From Candidatus Poribacteria bacterium (GTDB lineage Bacteria; Poribacteria; WGA-4E; WGA-3G), in the NCBI GenBank assembly GCA_965197475.1, contig CBDANF010000003.1, positions 512,001-576,000 on the forward strand: a DNA stretch of 64,000 bases, in the 5' to 3' direction. A program made the translations under genes and the position numbers. Below, piece by piece: positions 19,350 to 29,640 of the stretch. The notes below the pieces were generated by a model. It saw only the letters and a program-made list of their open reading frames with translations. It was not told where the DNA came from and made no database searches. Position 1 is the first letter of the stretch. Each line of letters starts with the position of its first letter.

Positions 19350-21809
19350 TTATTCTGTGGGTTCTGTTGCGAGGAATTTCGGATTCTTTTTGATGTCGGG
19401 TGGGTACCGAATCTTCCAGATTTTGGTGAAGTCAAACCGCACCACTTTTTGATTTCTTATATCCTCTCTTTGGGTATATATGGGTTCAAACGCATCGGAA
19501 GGTTCTCCACGAATGTATAGTCGAACAATTAGACTGTTCCAACCGATGTGAGATAAGTAATATGCGTTGTGAAGTTTTCGTCTGGCATCTAAATAGAGAA
19601 CAACTCCGCCATTTATGTCATCCACGGTATTCGGTGATTTTTCTTTGAGGTAACCTATGAACGCTATATAGGGTAGTGTTACTTTTTGACCCTCTTTTGT
19701 GTGTGCTGTGAGGGTGAGCGGGGATTCCTCAAGTTCTATGTCTATCTTGTTGTATGGAGTATTATCAGTATTTATGAGTTGTTTTGTTTTTTCATTTTCT
19801 GTTTTTGTCAACTGTAGGGGTTGAGGTAAGAAAAATCTGTCTTTGTGTATATCACTCCCAAGTTCTGAAAAAATGTCCGTGTTGAGAACTTCCCTTTGAT
19901 TAAACATCAGGTGAGTTGCTTCGTGTGTGTATAGAAATTCTAATGCTTCTCTTTCAGATTGGGCTGCATAGACGTGTCGAAAAAAGAGATGAATCCAGTG
20001 GGGGCGGTAGTGGTCGGGACCAATAATTGTTTTGACTTCGCCGAGTACGTTGAGTTGATTTCCGTATTCCCAGTTTGCGGCGACTACATCGGTTTCTTCA
20101 AGCGTACTTTCAATCCATTTGATAGTTTTTGCCATCGGTCCGTCTCCGGGGAGCGGATTTCGGAAGTGAACTGCAGCGTGGCGTGACCATCTTGTGTGTG
20201 CCCCGGCAGGATACCAGAATAACAACAAGGATAACACTGCTACCGCGATGCTGGTCGTGAAAACAGTTTGTAGTCTCTTTGATTTTAAGAATGTGGGTGT
20301 GAACTGGAAACTTGCTATTTGTTCGCTGAGTGTCTTTGCAAGAGCGTGTATAACTACGGCAGTAAAGAAAGCGACGGCGACCCCTACAAAAAAATCGTAA
20401 CGTTTTGCGTCCCGTGCAAGTGCGACCCAACAGAAATACCAAGTGCAAAACGCGACGTAAAGAATGTCCTTTGGCAGATGTGTTTTGCGTTGCCATGCGT
20501 GTATCAGGAACCCGATGCCAACACTGCCAACAGCGGCAAAAAAGAGTGTGTTATCAAGCGGAGTTTCAAAAAGTTTCATGTAAAGTAAATGAACAGGTTC
20601 TCGGAAAAAAGTTATGAGGATAAACAGGCTGAGCGGTAGTGCCAAAAGGATATGTCCGAAACTGTTTCGGGGATGTATACTTGTGAGAAGGAACCCGATA
20701 CTGCCGCACAGAAAGACCCCACCGAACTTAATATACCAAAACTTGTAATTTGGACTTTGTAATTCCCCAATGCTTTGCATGAGTCGGTTTTGACTGAAAG
20801 GTAACAATGTGTCAAATGTGTTGAGTTTCATCAAAACAGTAAAGAGTGCAAGTGTAAGCGTGATAATTGTCAGAATAAGTGCGATGTTTCGGGAATGTTG
20901 TAAGAGATGTTTTGAAAACGGTGTTTTGGTGAGTATCAGATAGCGGCATGCGCGCATTGCCAATAGTGTTAGTGGCGGTATTATTACAAAGGTGAAGAGG
21001 TGTGTCGTAAAACCGCCGCCACCGCCACGATAGACAGGAGAACCGAGGATAAGCAGCGGCACGAATATTAACGTCCATAGGGCGTAGTATCCTAATCCTT
21101 CTTCTGTTTCGGAAGTAAGAAACCGCCAGAGTTCAACACTCATTATAATGAAGAGAAAAATGAAAAAACCTTCCCAAGATAACCCACCGATGCAGACACT
21201 GAGGCTACTTGCAAGTGTCCAAAAGAATCTGTGGCGAGAATGTTGTGTCTGGAGTGCTTGGAGATAAGTAGTTATTGCAAGGATGCCAATTAAGAGGCAC
21301 CAACTGTCTCGGTCACCAAAACCAGCTGCGCTGCGGTCAATTGTCCCAGGAAGCGTTGCTAACAACACACCGATGATGCCTGAAAAGAGTAACCCAAACT
21401 GATGATAAAAAAAGAGCATCAACACCCCGAGTCCAAGGATAAAACAGACCACCGGCATATAGACGCAAACATGATACAGTGAAACTTTTGGGAAGAAACG
21501 CGCGATTACTGTGTGGGAATATGCAAGCACATAACCATAGAAGGGAAGTGTCTCTGTCAAATCTTTGCCGATGGGAACCCAACGGGACATATCTCGGTCT
21601 GGCAGGGTGCCGTGTTCAGCGATGAGTTGAGCTTGATCATAAAAGAAATAGCCGTCGGTATCGGTAAATTGCTTGTCTGGGATTCGATCAACACCTTGAA
21701 TACGTATCCACAATGCTAAAAAGAGAAGGCTGCTACACAGCAGAAGTGCTGCACACCGGGACAGTGTAAAAACATTTTGAAGGTGTGATATGAGAGGCTT
21801 TCCATCCAT
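19350..21809 (-). CDS. STT3/PglB/AglB-like oligosaccharyltransferase (GT-C) with variant WWDYG motif
   Basis: Multi-TM N-terminal half; TDTDGY (DGY), GFGDRD (DxD), QSIGELQSP (TIxE/SVSE-like), VVAANWEYGNQL (WWDYG-like). Confidence 0.8.
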   Translation of the reverse strand: MDGKPLISHLQNVFTLSRCAALLLCSSLLFLALWIRIQGVDRIPDKQFTDTDGYFFYDQAQLIAEHGTLPDRDMSRWVPIGKDLTETLPFYGYVLAYSHTVIARFFPKVSLYHVCVYMPVVCFILGLGVLMLFFYHQFGLLFSGIIGVLLATLPGTIDRSAAGFGDRDSWCLLIGILAITTYLQALQTQHSRHRFFWTLASSLSVCIGGLSWEGFFIFLFIIMSVELWRFLTSETEEGLGYYALWTLIFVPLLILGSPVYRGGGGGFTTHLFTFVIIPPLTLLAMRACRYLILTKTPFSKHLLQHSRNIALILTIITLTLALFTVLMKLNTFDTLLPFSQNRLMQSIGELQSPNYKFWYIKFGGVFLCGSIGFLLTSIHPRNSFGHILLALPLSLFILITFFREPVHLLYMKLFETPLDNTLFFAAVGSVGIGFLIHAWQRKTHLPKDILYVAFCTWYFCWVALARDAKRYDFFVGVAVAFFTAVVIHALAKTLSEQIASFQFTPTFLKSKRLQTVFTTSIAVAVLSLLLFWYPAGAHTRWSRHAAVHFRNPLPGDGPMAKTIKWIESTLEETDVVAANWEYGNQLNVLGEVKTIIGPDHYRPHWIHLFFRHVYAAQSEREALEFLYTHEATHLMFNQREVLNTDIFSELGSDIHKDRFFLPQPLQLTKTENEKTKQLINTDNTPYNKIDIELEESPLTLTAHTKEGQKVTLPYIAFIGYLKEKSPNTVDDINGGVVLYLDARRKLHNAYYLSHIGWNSLIVRLYIRGEPSDAFEPIYTQREDIRNQKVVRFDFTKIWKIRYPPDIKKNPKFLATEPTE

Positions 21810-21821
21810 ATTTTAGTATAG

Positions 21822-21856
21822 GACAGCAGTACTTGCGATTGAGGTTTGCTGCTGTC
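21822..21856. terminator. Intergenic hairpin
   Basis: GACAGCAG...CTGCTGTC stem between the propeller gene and the STT3-like gene. Confidence 0.35.
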
Positions 21857-21866
21857 TTGTTGAGTT

Positions 21867-22841
21867 TTATTTTGTATTGCGTGTTTTGAGTTTGCCCCAG
21901 ACGGTTGTCAGTCGGTTTGTGGGTTCAACGGCGAACGTTGTGTTTCCGAAAACATAACCTGCTAGTCCTTTTTCAATCATGTCCTCCATACCCTCCAAAA
22001 TTTGTTCAGGAGATCCACTATCAATGTGGATTACGAAATGCCGTCTAATCCTAGTCTGCATATCTTTTATTCCATATACGAGATACTTTTCCGTAGGCCA
22101 TTTGAGACCAAAGAATCTGTGGTTTTCAAGGTCGATCATGAACAGTTGAGGATGCAGTGTCTCAAGCGAAATTATGTCAAGCTCAACACCAGGTTCAAGA
22201 ATAGGATGGTGAATAAAAGCGAGTGTTTTGCCATCCGGTGAGAAAGCGGGATACATTTTGTCTTTGGTGATCAGTGAATCTTCTCCGGTGAGGAGATTGT
22301 AAAGAAAAAGACCTTTGCCAGTTAGATAAATGAACTGCTCTCCATCGGGTGACCAACGGATAAAATCTATCGAACCTTCTTTTAATAGTGTGGCTTGAGG
22401 ATTTACTTTCTTTATTTCATCATTTGACATGAGATAGATCCCTGTAATCACATCTGGAAAGAAATTTATTATGAAGTTCTCGAACAGTATATCCCCGTTA
22501 GGTGAGATGTCAACATACGAAGTCGCATTAAATCTATTCTCTGTTAGGTTGCGTGCTCCTTTCCTCAGTTGATTTCTATTAATAAGGTAAAGGTCAGAGT
22601 CAATAGGTCCTGCAGAAATGACGATGAAGGGACCATCTTTTTGAACGGCGTAATCGTGGATTGTCCATTCATGTTGATAAAACAGACGTGCCTTCTTTGC
22701 GTTCTCAATATGGGTAATCCAAAGTTCGTTGTAAACATTCCCTGGATATTGAAAGAAAACTTCCCCCGTGAAATCGGCATGTGCCGCAAGTAGAAGTAGA
22801 AAAACTATACATAAACAGAGACATTTAATAAAGGACTTCAT
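21867..22841 (-). CDS. Secreted TolB-like (PD40) beta-propeller with conserved C-terminal tail, paralog 1
   Basis: Signal peptide; ISPNGD, WSPDG, PAFSPDGKTLAF repeats; ends FAVEPTNRLTTVWGKLKTRNTK. Confidence 0.8.
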   Translation of the reverse strand: MKSFIKCLCLCIVFLLLLAAHADFTGEVFFQYPGNVYNELWITHIENAKKARLFYQHEWTIHDYAVQKDGPFIVISAGPIDSDLYLINRNQLRKGARNLTENRFNATSYVDISPNGDILFENFIINFFPDVITGIYLMSNDEIKKVNPQATLLKEGSIDFIRWSPDGEQFIYLTGKGLFLYNLLTGEDSLITKDKMYPAFSPDGKTLAFIHHPILEPGVELDIISLETLHPQLFMIDLENHRFFGLKWPTEKYLVYGIKDMQTRIRRHFVIHIDSGSPEQILEGMEDMIEKGLAGYVFGNTTFAVEPTNRLTTVWGKLKTRNTK

Positions 22842-23059
22842 GATAACTCCTATTGTTTTGTGGGTTTTTTCTTAGGATTTTCCATTTTCATTGGGAACAC
22901 GCCTAAATCAATAATTTTCCCGGTTCAACGGCGCGTTTGGCATGTTCCAAGAGGTGTTTGGCGCGCTATGGTATTAGTATCAGCAGGACGGACGCAAATT
23001 GAGCAGAAAAAGGAAATATTGGACTTAAAAAGTCGTTATTTCGGTGTTTTTAACCCCCT

Positions 23060-23083
23060 AAGTCCCCCTTATCAAGGGGACTT
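23060..23083. repeat. Palindromic hairpin (REP-like or terminator)
   Basis: AAGTCCCC-CTTATCAA-GGGGACTT just past the paralog 2 stop. Confidence 0.5.
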
Positions 23084-23103
23084 TTGAACCAACTGCGTAA
23101 GTC

Positions 23104-24093
23104 CTACTTTAGTGTGTGTGTTTTCAACTTTCCCCAGACGGTTGTCAATCGGTTTGCGGGTTCAACGGCGAACGTTGTGTTTCCGAAAACATAACCTGTT
23201 AGTCCTTTTTCAATCATGTCCTCCATATCCTCCAAAATTTGTTCAGGAGGTCCACCATCAATGTGGATTACGTAATGCCTACTAATCTTATTCTTTCTAT
23301 CGTCTATTCCATAGACTAAATAGTTTTCCGCAGGCCATTTGAGACCAAAGAATCTGTGGTTTTCAAGGTCGATCATGAACAGTTGAGGATGCAGTGTCTC
23401 AAGTGAAATTACGTCAATCTCAATCCCAGGTTCAAGAGTGGGTTGGTGAATAAAAGCGAGTGTTTTACCATCTGGTGAGAAAACGGGATACAAAGGGGGA
23501 TTCAATTTGTCCTTGATGATCAGTGTATCTTCTCCTGTGAGGAGATTGTAAAGAAAAAGGCCGCTGCCAGTTAGATAAAGGAACTGCTTGCTATCGGGCG
23601 ACCAACGGACAAAATATATTGACCCTTTTTTTAATAGTGTCGCTTGTGGATTCACTTTTTTGATTTCATCACTCGGCATGAGATAGAGCCCTTCAATCAC
23701 CTCTGGGGGCCGACCTGTGTCTGAGTTTGTAAAGAGTATATCTCCGTTGGGTGAGATTCTAACTTTCCAGGTTGCATCAAATCTATTGTTTGTTAGGTTG
23801 CGTGGTTCTGCTCTTAGCCGATTTCTATCTATAAGGTAAATGTCAGAAGTCGGTCCTGCAGAAATGGCGATGAGAGGACCATCTTTCTGTATGGAATAAG
23901 TGTTAATGATCTCTCTCTCATTGTGTTTATAAAGCAGCCGTGCGTTCTTTGCGTTCTCAATACGGGTAATCCAAAGTTCGTTCCAATCATTGCCTCGATT
24001 TCTAAAGATAACTTCCCCCGTGAACTTTGCATGTGTTGCAAATGGCAGTAGAAAAGCGATACATAAACAGAGGCATTTAATAAAGTTTTTCAT
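23104..24093 (-). CDS. Secreted TolB-like (PD40) beta-propeller with conserved C-terminal tail, paralog 2
   Basis: Tandem duplicate of 21867-22841, including about 75 bp of upstream sequence; ends FAVEPANRLTTVWGKLKTHTLK. Confidence 0.8.
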   Translation of the reverse strand: MKNFIKCLCLCIAFLLPFATHAKFTGEVIFRNRGNDWNELWITRIENAKNARLLYKHNEREIINTYSIQKDGPLIAISAGPTSDIYLIDRNRLRAEPRNLTNNRFDATWKVRISPNGDILFTNSDTGRPPEVIEGLYLMPSDEIKKVNPQATLLKKGSIYFVRWSPDSKQFLYLTGSGLFLYNLLTGEDTLIIKDKLNPPLYPVFSPDGKTLAFIHQPTLEPGIEIDVISLETLHPQLFMIDLENHRFFGLKWPAENYLVYGIDDRKNKISRHYVIHIDGGPPEQILEDMEDMIEKGLTGYVFGNTTFAVEPANRLTTVWGKLKTHTLK

Positions 24094-24412
24094 GATAACT
24101 CCTATTTTTCAGTGGGTATATTCGTAGGGTTTTCCATTTCCATTGGGAACTCGCCTAAATCAATAATTTCTCTTTTGTCTTTAGGTAAAAGATGGGGTGA
24201 TTTTCCGAAGTTATAACGAACTTTTATCTGTGTTTCATCAATACGTTCAAGGTGCCTCAGTTTTGATAAAAATGGAAACTGCGTAAGTTCTACTATTATT
24301 GTGTGACATGCCACAGTAACGTGTCTGTTATGAAAGTTTCCCATGTGTAGCGAAGGATAACAAATTTAACCAGGTTTTTCATGCCATTTTCACCGTAAAT
24401 AAACCTATTAAA

Positions 24413-25036
24413 TCACAAAACCTTTTCAATTACCTGCAAAATAGTTTCTGCCTCAAATCCGCGCCGTGCCAGAAACCCGTGTAGCCGTCGTTTCGCAACA
24501 TGCATTGGTAAATTTTTATACTTTTTTGATTGTTTTTGTGCAATTTGTAGTGCTAACCGTGCCTCGTCCTCAGCCTTAACTTCAGCAACAACTTGCTCCG
24601 CTGTTTCTCGGTCAACGCCTTTGTCAATGAGTTCCTGTTTTAGCACCGTTCGCCCGCGAGGATTTGATTTCTGCCTACGGAGTATCCATTTCTCTGCATA
24701 CTGCCGGTCGCGAATATGTCCTGAATAGATTAACTCTGCGATGATTGTCTCAACCGTTTGTTCTCTATACCCTTCACGTTCAAGTTGCTGAGTCATTTGG
24801 GTTTTGCTGTAAATGTTTTCACGTAGTAAATTGAGTGCATAATTTTTCGCTTGCATCACTTCATCAGCTGCGATGATTTTTTCAATGACCTGCGGTTCAA
24901 TTTCTAAACCGATTCGCAGCCCAAATTTTTCAACCAGACTCGAATGAATTACGACAGAAGGTTTCTTGTCCAAAAAGAGTTGTTGATGTAAAGGCAGTTT
25001 GCTATGCGGTTGAATATCGGTAATTTTTTGCTTCAT
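24413..25036 (-). CDS. recX: Regulatory protein RecX
   Basis: KITDIQP N-terminal domain; ALNLL...YSK..M...L, GHIRDRQYA, PRGR..LKQEL..KGV, RRL..FL.RRGF; ATG at 25036 preferred. Confidence 0.85.
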   Translation of the reverse strand: MKQKITDIQPHSKLPLHQQLFLDKKPSVVIHSSLVEKFGLRIGLEIEPQVIEKIIAADEVMQAKNYALNLLRENIYSKTQMTQQLEREGYREQTVETIIAELIYSGHIRDRQYAEKWILRRQKSNPRGRTVLKQELIDKGVDRETAEQVVAEVKAEDEARLALQIAQKQSKKYKNLPMHVAKRRLHGFLARRGFEAETILQVIEKVL

Positions 25037-25169
25037 GTGTTTTAGGAAGCACGTTGAGTTTTCGTAACGTTGTGTCCTGCACAATGTATAGATGGATACG
25101 AAATTCGCCTATACATCCACTTTACTGATGGCTCCTGTCTAAACTTAAAGTGAGTAAAAATAACAGGAT

Positions 25170-25802
25170 TTATCCTCTGCCATTGCTGCCTGCCCAAAGT
25201 GCGCCGCGCTGAAGAAGGGTACCAAACATTTCATGTTGACATGCTGCGGGATCGTGACCGAGTGCAAGGTAGAAAACCTTACCTTTTCCCCAATTCTTTG
25301 TCCATGCAACCGGCATCGCGCCGCCTTTCCATAAGGCTGAAGCGAGCACATGATTGCGCGGATCGTAATCAAGGATATATTGTTCATCTTTCACAACAAA
25401 TTCGTCAAGACCTTGCGTAATTTCATGTTCACTATCCACTATACTGACCTGATAATCACGATAGCGGGGATGCGTAGTAAAGTATCCGCCGACCATTGAA
25501 CGATATTCTGGGCATCCACGGAAAGAATCGGCAGCTGAATGTATACCGACGTAGCCTTTTCCTGAAGCGACGTGGTTTAGCAACCCGTTCTTCTGCGCAT
25601 CAGAAATTTCGCCAACCGTATAATAAAAAACGATGAGGTCATACGGATCCAAGTTTGGCGATACCAGCGCGTCAAGATCGTCCTCAATTTTGGTAATTTC
25701 AAACTCGTCTCGTTGTGAGAGAGATTTCTCAATTTCTTCGCCACAGCCTTTCCAGTTGTGAATTGCACCGCCTGCAAAGACAAGTATATTAATTTTTGCC
25801 AT
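25170..25802 (-). CDS. ThuA-like (trehalose utilization) domain protein
   Basis: GGAIHNW, GKGYVGIHSAADSF, GGYF..HP, DEQY, PVAW...WGKGKVFY.ALGH. Confidence 0.9.
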   Translation of the reverse strand: MAKINILVFAGGAIHNWKGCGEEIEKSLSQRDEFEITKIEDDLDALVSPNLDPYDLIVFYYTVGEISDAQKNGLLNHVASGKGYVGIHSAADSFRGCPEYRSMVGGYFTTHPRYRDYQVSIVDSEHEITQGLDEFVVKDEQYILDYDPRNHVLASALWKGGAMPVAWTKNWGKGKVFYLALGHDPAACQHEMFGTLLQRGALWAGSNGRG

Positions 25803-25831
25803 TTATAGCCTCCTTGATGTATAATAGTGGT

Positions 25832-25921
25832 ATTATATCATAAATATATCAAAATTACAAACAGCGTAAAAAAATGCAAATCCTTCGTAATTTTGACAGA
25901 TAATTGATTTCGTGATAAACT
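25832..25921. promoter_or_regulatory. Divergent sigma70-type promoters
   Basis: Minus: TTGTAA-17-TATAAT (25860-25832); plus: TTGACA-17-TAAACT (25893-25921). Confidence 0.55.
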
Positions 25922-25958
25922 ATTGCAACTGAACATTGTGAATTGAGAAAGGATTTGT

Positions 25959-26536
25959 ATGGCTTACAGAGAACTCGCAACGAAAAAACCTTTTATTGTT
26001 AACAAAAACCTCGGTAGTGCAATTGAGGTAGAAGTTGAGAGCACAAACCTTTTTTATCGTACCCCTGGCATGGGCGGATTTGGACCTCATAACGGCAACG
26101 GGTTGCTCCGTTTCCCTGGCGATGTCCACTACTATAACGCATTCCCCGGCAAAGGGTATAGTCCGCACACTCACATTGTGTGGGAACTGAATGAGGTGAA
26201 AAAAGGACAGGGTGGAACACTATTGGTGACAGGCAGTCATAAATCTGTTACACAGCACCCTCTGAAATTCAAAATCCAGATTCGGATATCTGGAGTACTT
26301 ATGGATGTCCACCGGGTTCACTTCTCTTTTTTACGGAAGCATTGACGCATAGCGCAAATCCTTGGACAAATACCGATAATGACAGAATAGCGATTTTTAA
26401 TCTATATAGTCCTGTTGACAGTGGCTATGCAAGGGTGTATAAGCCTCACCCAAAATTACTTGAAGCGATGCCACCGTTGCGACGTACCCTGTTCCGAAAT
26501 CGGTATGTAGTGGACAACCTAAATGGTAATGCATAG
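25959..26536 (+). pseudogene. Phytanoyl-CoA dioxygenase (PhyH) family pseudogene
   Basis: GPHNG, VWELNEV..GQGGTL.VTGSHKS; a 1-nt loss near 26248 moves YTAPSEIQ...PGSLLFFTEALTHSANPW...R into another frame; N-terminal part looks internally deleted. Confidence 0.75.
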
Positions 26537-26564
26537 CGTTTTACAATATTGAAAGGAGATAGTT

Positions 26565-27941
26565 TTGGCAACAACTCAACCTAACGTCTTGTGGATATAC
26601 GGTGAAGACCTTTCACCAGATTTGGGATGTTACGGAACACCCGCCGTAGACACACCAAATATTGACCGTCTTGCTAAAGAAGGCACACGTTTTTCGAACG
26701 CTTTTGTGACCTGTGCAGTCTGTTCGCCGAGTCGTTCAGCATTGATTACAGGTACATATCAAACCCATTTTGATGCACATAACCATCGAAGTAACCGAGA
26801 AAAGCCGTTGCGGGATGATATGAAACTCATCACCGATTGTTTCCGAGAGGCTGGATATTTCACCTGCAACAGTCCCGGGCCACCCTATAATCGTCGGGGC
26901 AAAACAGATTTTAACTTTCAACGTGCGAATCCTTTTGATGGAATTGATTGGCATGAACGAGCTGAAGGACAACCTTTTTATGCCCAAATCAATATTCCTG
27001 ATACACATCGCGTTTTTAAACCGGATCCGCAACGACCAATCGATCCTGATGATGTCGAATTGCCTCCTTATTATCCTGACCATCCACTTACTCGCAAGGA
27101 TTGGGCACTCTATCTTGAAAGTATTCAGATTTTAGATCGAAAGGTAGGTGAAATTCTCAAACGTCTGGACGATGAAGGTCTTGCTGAAAACACGATCGTC
27201 TTTTTTATCAGCGATCATGGACGCGCGCATATTCGGTGCAAGCAATTTCTCTACGATGGCGGTATCCACATTCCTTTGATTGTGAGATGGCTAGGTAATA
27301 TTGGATCAGGGGTTGTCAGTGACGAACTCGTCAGCGGTGTTGATTTTACGCCGACAACTCTCTCTCTTGCAGGAATTGATATTCCGAACTATGTTCAAGG
27401 ACAAATCTTCCTGGGCTCTGATGCAACATCGCGTGATGCAATCTTCGCTGCACGTGACCGATGCGATGGAACCGATGATCGTATTCGCTGCATACGGACG
27501 CACCGCTATAAACTTATCCGAAATTATTATCCTGAACTGCCTTATATGCAATTTAACGGCTATAAAAAACTGCAGTATCCCGTCTGGACGTTGATCCGTA
27601 TCTTGTCCGAAAAAGGCGAATTGTCTGAAGCACAACAGCATTTCGTGCAACAGACTCGTCCTCCCGAAGAACTCTATGATTTACAGACAGACCCACATGA
27701 AGTAAACAATCTTATAGGTGAAAAACGTTATGAATCTGTGCAAAACGATTTAAGCTCTCAATTAGATGCGTGGATAAAAGCAACAGGGGATATGGGAGAA
27801 ACCCCTGATTCTGATGAAGTTACCACCTATTGGGATGAAAACATGGCGGAAAGTTATAGAAATAGTATGGAAAAGAGAGAGCTTTCACCGGATATAAGTG
27901 ATGCTGACTATCTTGCTTGGTGGGAGAACAAACTCTTGTAG
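26565..27941 (+). CDS. Sulfatase (formylglycine-dependent, Cys type)
   Basis: PNVLWI..ED, CSPSRSALITG, GKTD, SDHG, LYDGG..IPLIV, EELYDL..DP.E..NL. Confidence 0.95.
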   Translation: MATTQPNVLWIYGEDLSPDLGCYGTPAVDTPNIDRLAKEGTRFSNAFVTCAVCSPSRSALITGTYQTHFDAHNHRSNREKPLRDDMKLITDCFREAGYFTCNSPGPPYNRRGKTDFNFQRANPFDGIDWHERAEGQPFYAQINIPDTHRVFKPDPQRPIDPDDVELPPYYPDHPLTRKDWALYLESIQILDRKVGEILKRLDDEGLAENTIVFFISDHGRAHIRCKQFLYDGGIHIPLIVRWLGNIGSGVVSDELVSGVDFTPTTLSLAGIDIPNYVQGQIFLGSDATSRDAIFAARDRCDGTDDRIRCIRTHRYKLIRNYYPELPYMQFNGYKKLQYPVWTLIRILSEKGELSEAQQHFVQQTRPPEELYDLQTDPHEVNNLIGEKRYESVQNDLSSQLDAWIKATGDMGETPDSDEVTTYWDENMAESYRNSMEKRELSPDISDADYLAWWENKLL

Positions 27942-27953
27942 GCTGTTGTAACC

Positions 27954-29567
27954 TCAAAGGCGTTCTCCTGAAGGACGTTCCTGCATCACAGGTATAACAT
28001 AACTCCGAATCTTAAAATCTTCAATTTCTTCTGTCTCAGAACGTGGTGCTGGATTGGTGCGATGGTCAATAACAACATAGTAGCCCTCCGTTGCACCTTC
28101 CAACTTGAGATACGATGTGAGTTGCCTCTTACCTTTCTGATAGCTCACTTCGCCTCTCCACACCTTTGTTTCAACCACGTATTTTCGTTTATTGTGGGTA
28201 ATTAGCAGGTCCATCCTGCCGCGTCCTGTTTGCACCTCAATGTGCATAAATCCGCCTACCAACCGAACAAACTGCTCAAGGTACGCAAGGAGGAGATGTC
28301 GCCCCACAGATTCTTTCGGAGTATCTGGGACCTGCAGTATATTAAAACCAGCACGTGCAATGAAATCCCGGAAGTTATCAAGCAATGCCCCCATTTCAAT
28401 ATGTCCAGTCGTTGAGAGGTAATCAAGGAAACCGTCTCGGGTATCTTCAGGAAGATATTCCTGCTCTAACCCATTCACAGCAGGTTTGAAAGATTGTAAG
28501 ATACAATAAAAATAAATAGGGTTAGCAATTTCACACATACCATCTGTGCCTTGTTTTATAACGCCATAAGTCGCAAGTTCACTGATAAAATCATCGCGAA
28601 GATTGAAAGCCGGACCATCATCAGAAGCAGTGATTCTCATCAGGATACTTTCAAAGCGCGGATTCCTACGGATATTTGTTGTCAGATGTTCAATGTTAGT
28701 ATTTCGTTCATGGAGCAGCTGTGAGTGTGCTTGCGAAAAGTGTTCCATCGTAATTGAGTCGGTCTTTGGAATGTCAAGTTCATCAGTCAGTATTTGTGCC
28801 AATCGGTTGACGAGAAAAGGCTGACCTGCTGTCTGTTTGTGAATAGCCTCAATTACCTCTGGTGCAAAGGGTTGTCCAACTTCTTCCGTATACTGCTGTA
28901 GGAGTTCCCGCACTTGTTCAGGTGTGAAGTTCGGGAGGTAAAATTCATCCTGGATATTGAACGGAGAGATAGAGCGGTCATAATTGAGTTGTGCTATACT
29001 TTTTACGCCGACAATGCCTACGCTATGAGGACATCTTGGAGTGGAATTTGAAACATAAATTTTGCGGAGCGAATGAAGAAAGCCTACTACTGCTTCCTGG
29101 GGAATGCCGTCAAATTCGTCTATGATTAGAATTACCCGCTGCACACCAAATTCAGAGTTAAGGAAACTTTCAAACTTACTAAAAAATCTTAGCATTGAGA
29201 GATGATCGGTTATCTCCGTAGTTTCCAAAAATTGATGAAGTGTATCTGAGGGAAGGTGTCCTTTTCTCTCAAATACCTTCTCAATTTCTTCGCAAATATC
29301 TTGGTATAGGTAGTCGTAAAATGTTGATAGCGTGCAGCCTTCATATACCTCAAAATTCAGCGGAATTGGGAAGTAAGTCGGTTCGCTGTCTGTGAATACA
29401 TTCAGCGCATTTTGAAAGAAGGTGGTTTTGCCAGTCTGACGCGGTGCAAAGATAACGATATAGCACCCGTCTTTGACGCGCGCAATGAAATCATTAAGTT
29501 CCGCAGAACGACTGACAACATAGTTTTTCTCTGGATGAACTGGACCTTGTGTTCCGAAACGTCTCAT
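27954..29567 (-). CDS. AAA_35-like ATPase fused to a C-terminal PD-(D/E)XK nuclease domain
   Basis: F.TQGPV.P..NY.V, APRQTGKTT, LIIDEFD, SPFNI, T.GQPFLVN, GRGRMDLLI....YVVETKVW. Confidence 0.85.
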   Translation of the reverse strand: MRRFGTQGPVHPEKNYVVSRSAELNDFIARVKDGCYIVIFAPRQTGKTTFFQNALNVFTDSEPTYFPIPLNFEVYEGCTLSTFYDYLYQDICEEIEKVFERKGHLPSDTLHQFLETTEITDHLSMLRFFSKFESFLNSEFGVQRVILIIDEFDGIPQEAVVGFLHSLRKIYVSNSTPRCPHSVGIVGVKSIAQLNYDRSISPFNIQDEFYLPNFTPEQVRELLQQYTEEVGQPFAPEVIEAIHKQTAGQPFLVNRLAQILTDELDIPKTDSITMEHFSQAHSQLLHERNTNIEHLTTNIRRNPRFESILMRITASDDGPAFNLRDDFISELATYGVIKQGTDGMCEIANPIYFYCILQSFKPAVNGLEQEYLPEDTRDGFLDYLSTTGHIEMGALLDNFRDFIARAGFNILQVPDTPKESVGRHLLLAYLEQFVRLVGGFMHIEVQTGRGRMDLLITHNKRKYVVETKVWRGEVSYQKGKRQLTSYLKLEGATEGYYVVIDHRTNPAPRSETEEIEDFKIRSYVIPVMQERPSGERL

Positions 29568-29602
29568 TTTGTATTCCTAATCTATAGTATTTCACAGAGA
29601 TA

Positions 29603-29631
29603 AGGATACCATAGGGATATATGATTGTCAA
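29603..29631 (-). promoter_or_regulatory. sigma70-type promoter for the AAA-nuclease gene
   Basis: TTGACA-17 bp-TATCCT. Confidence 0.5.
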
Positions 29632-29640
29632 GAGGGTGTT

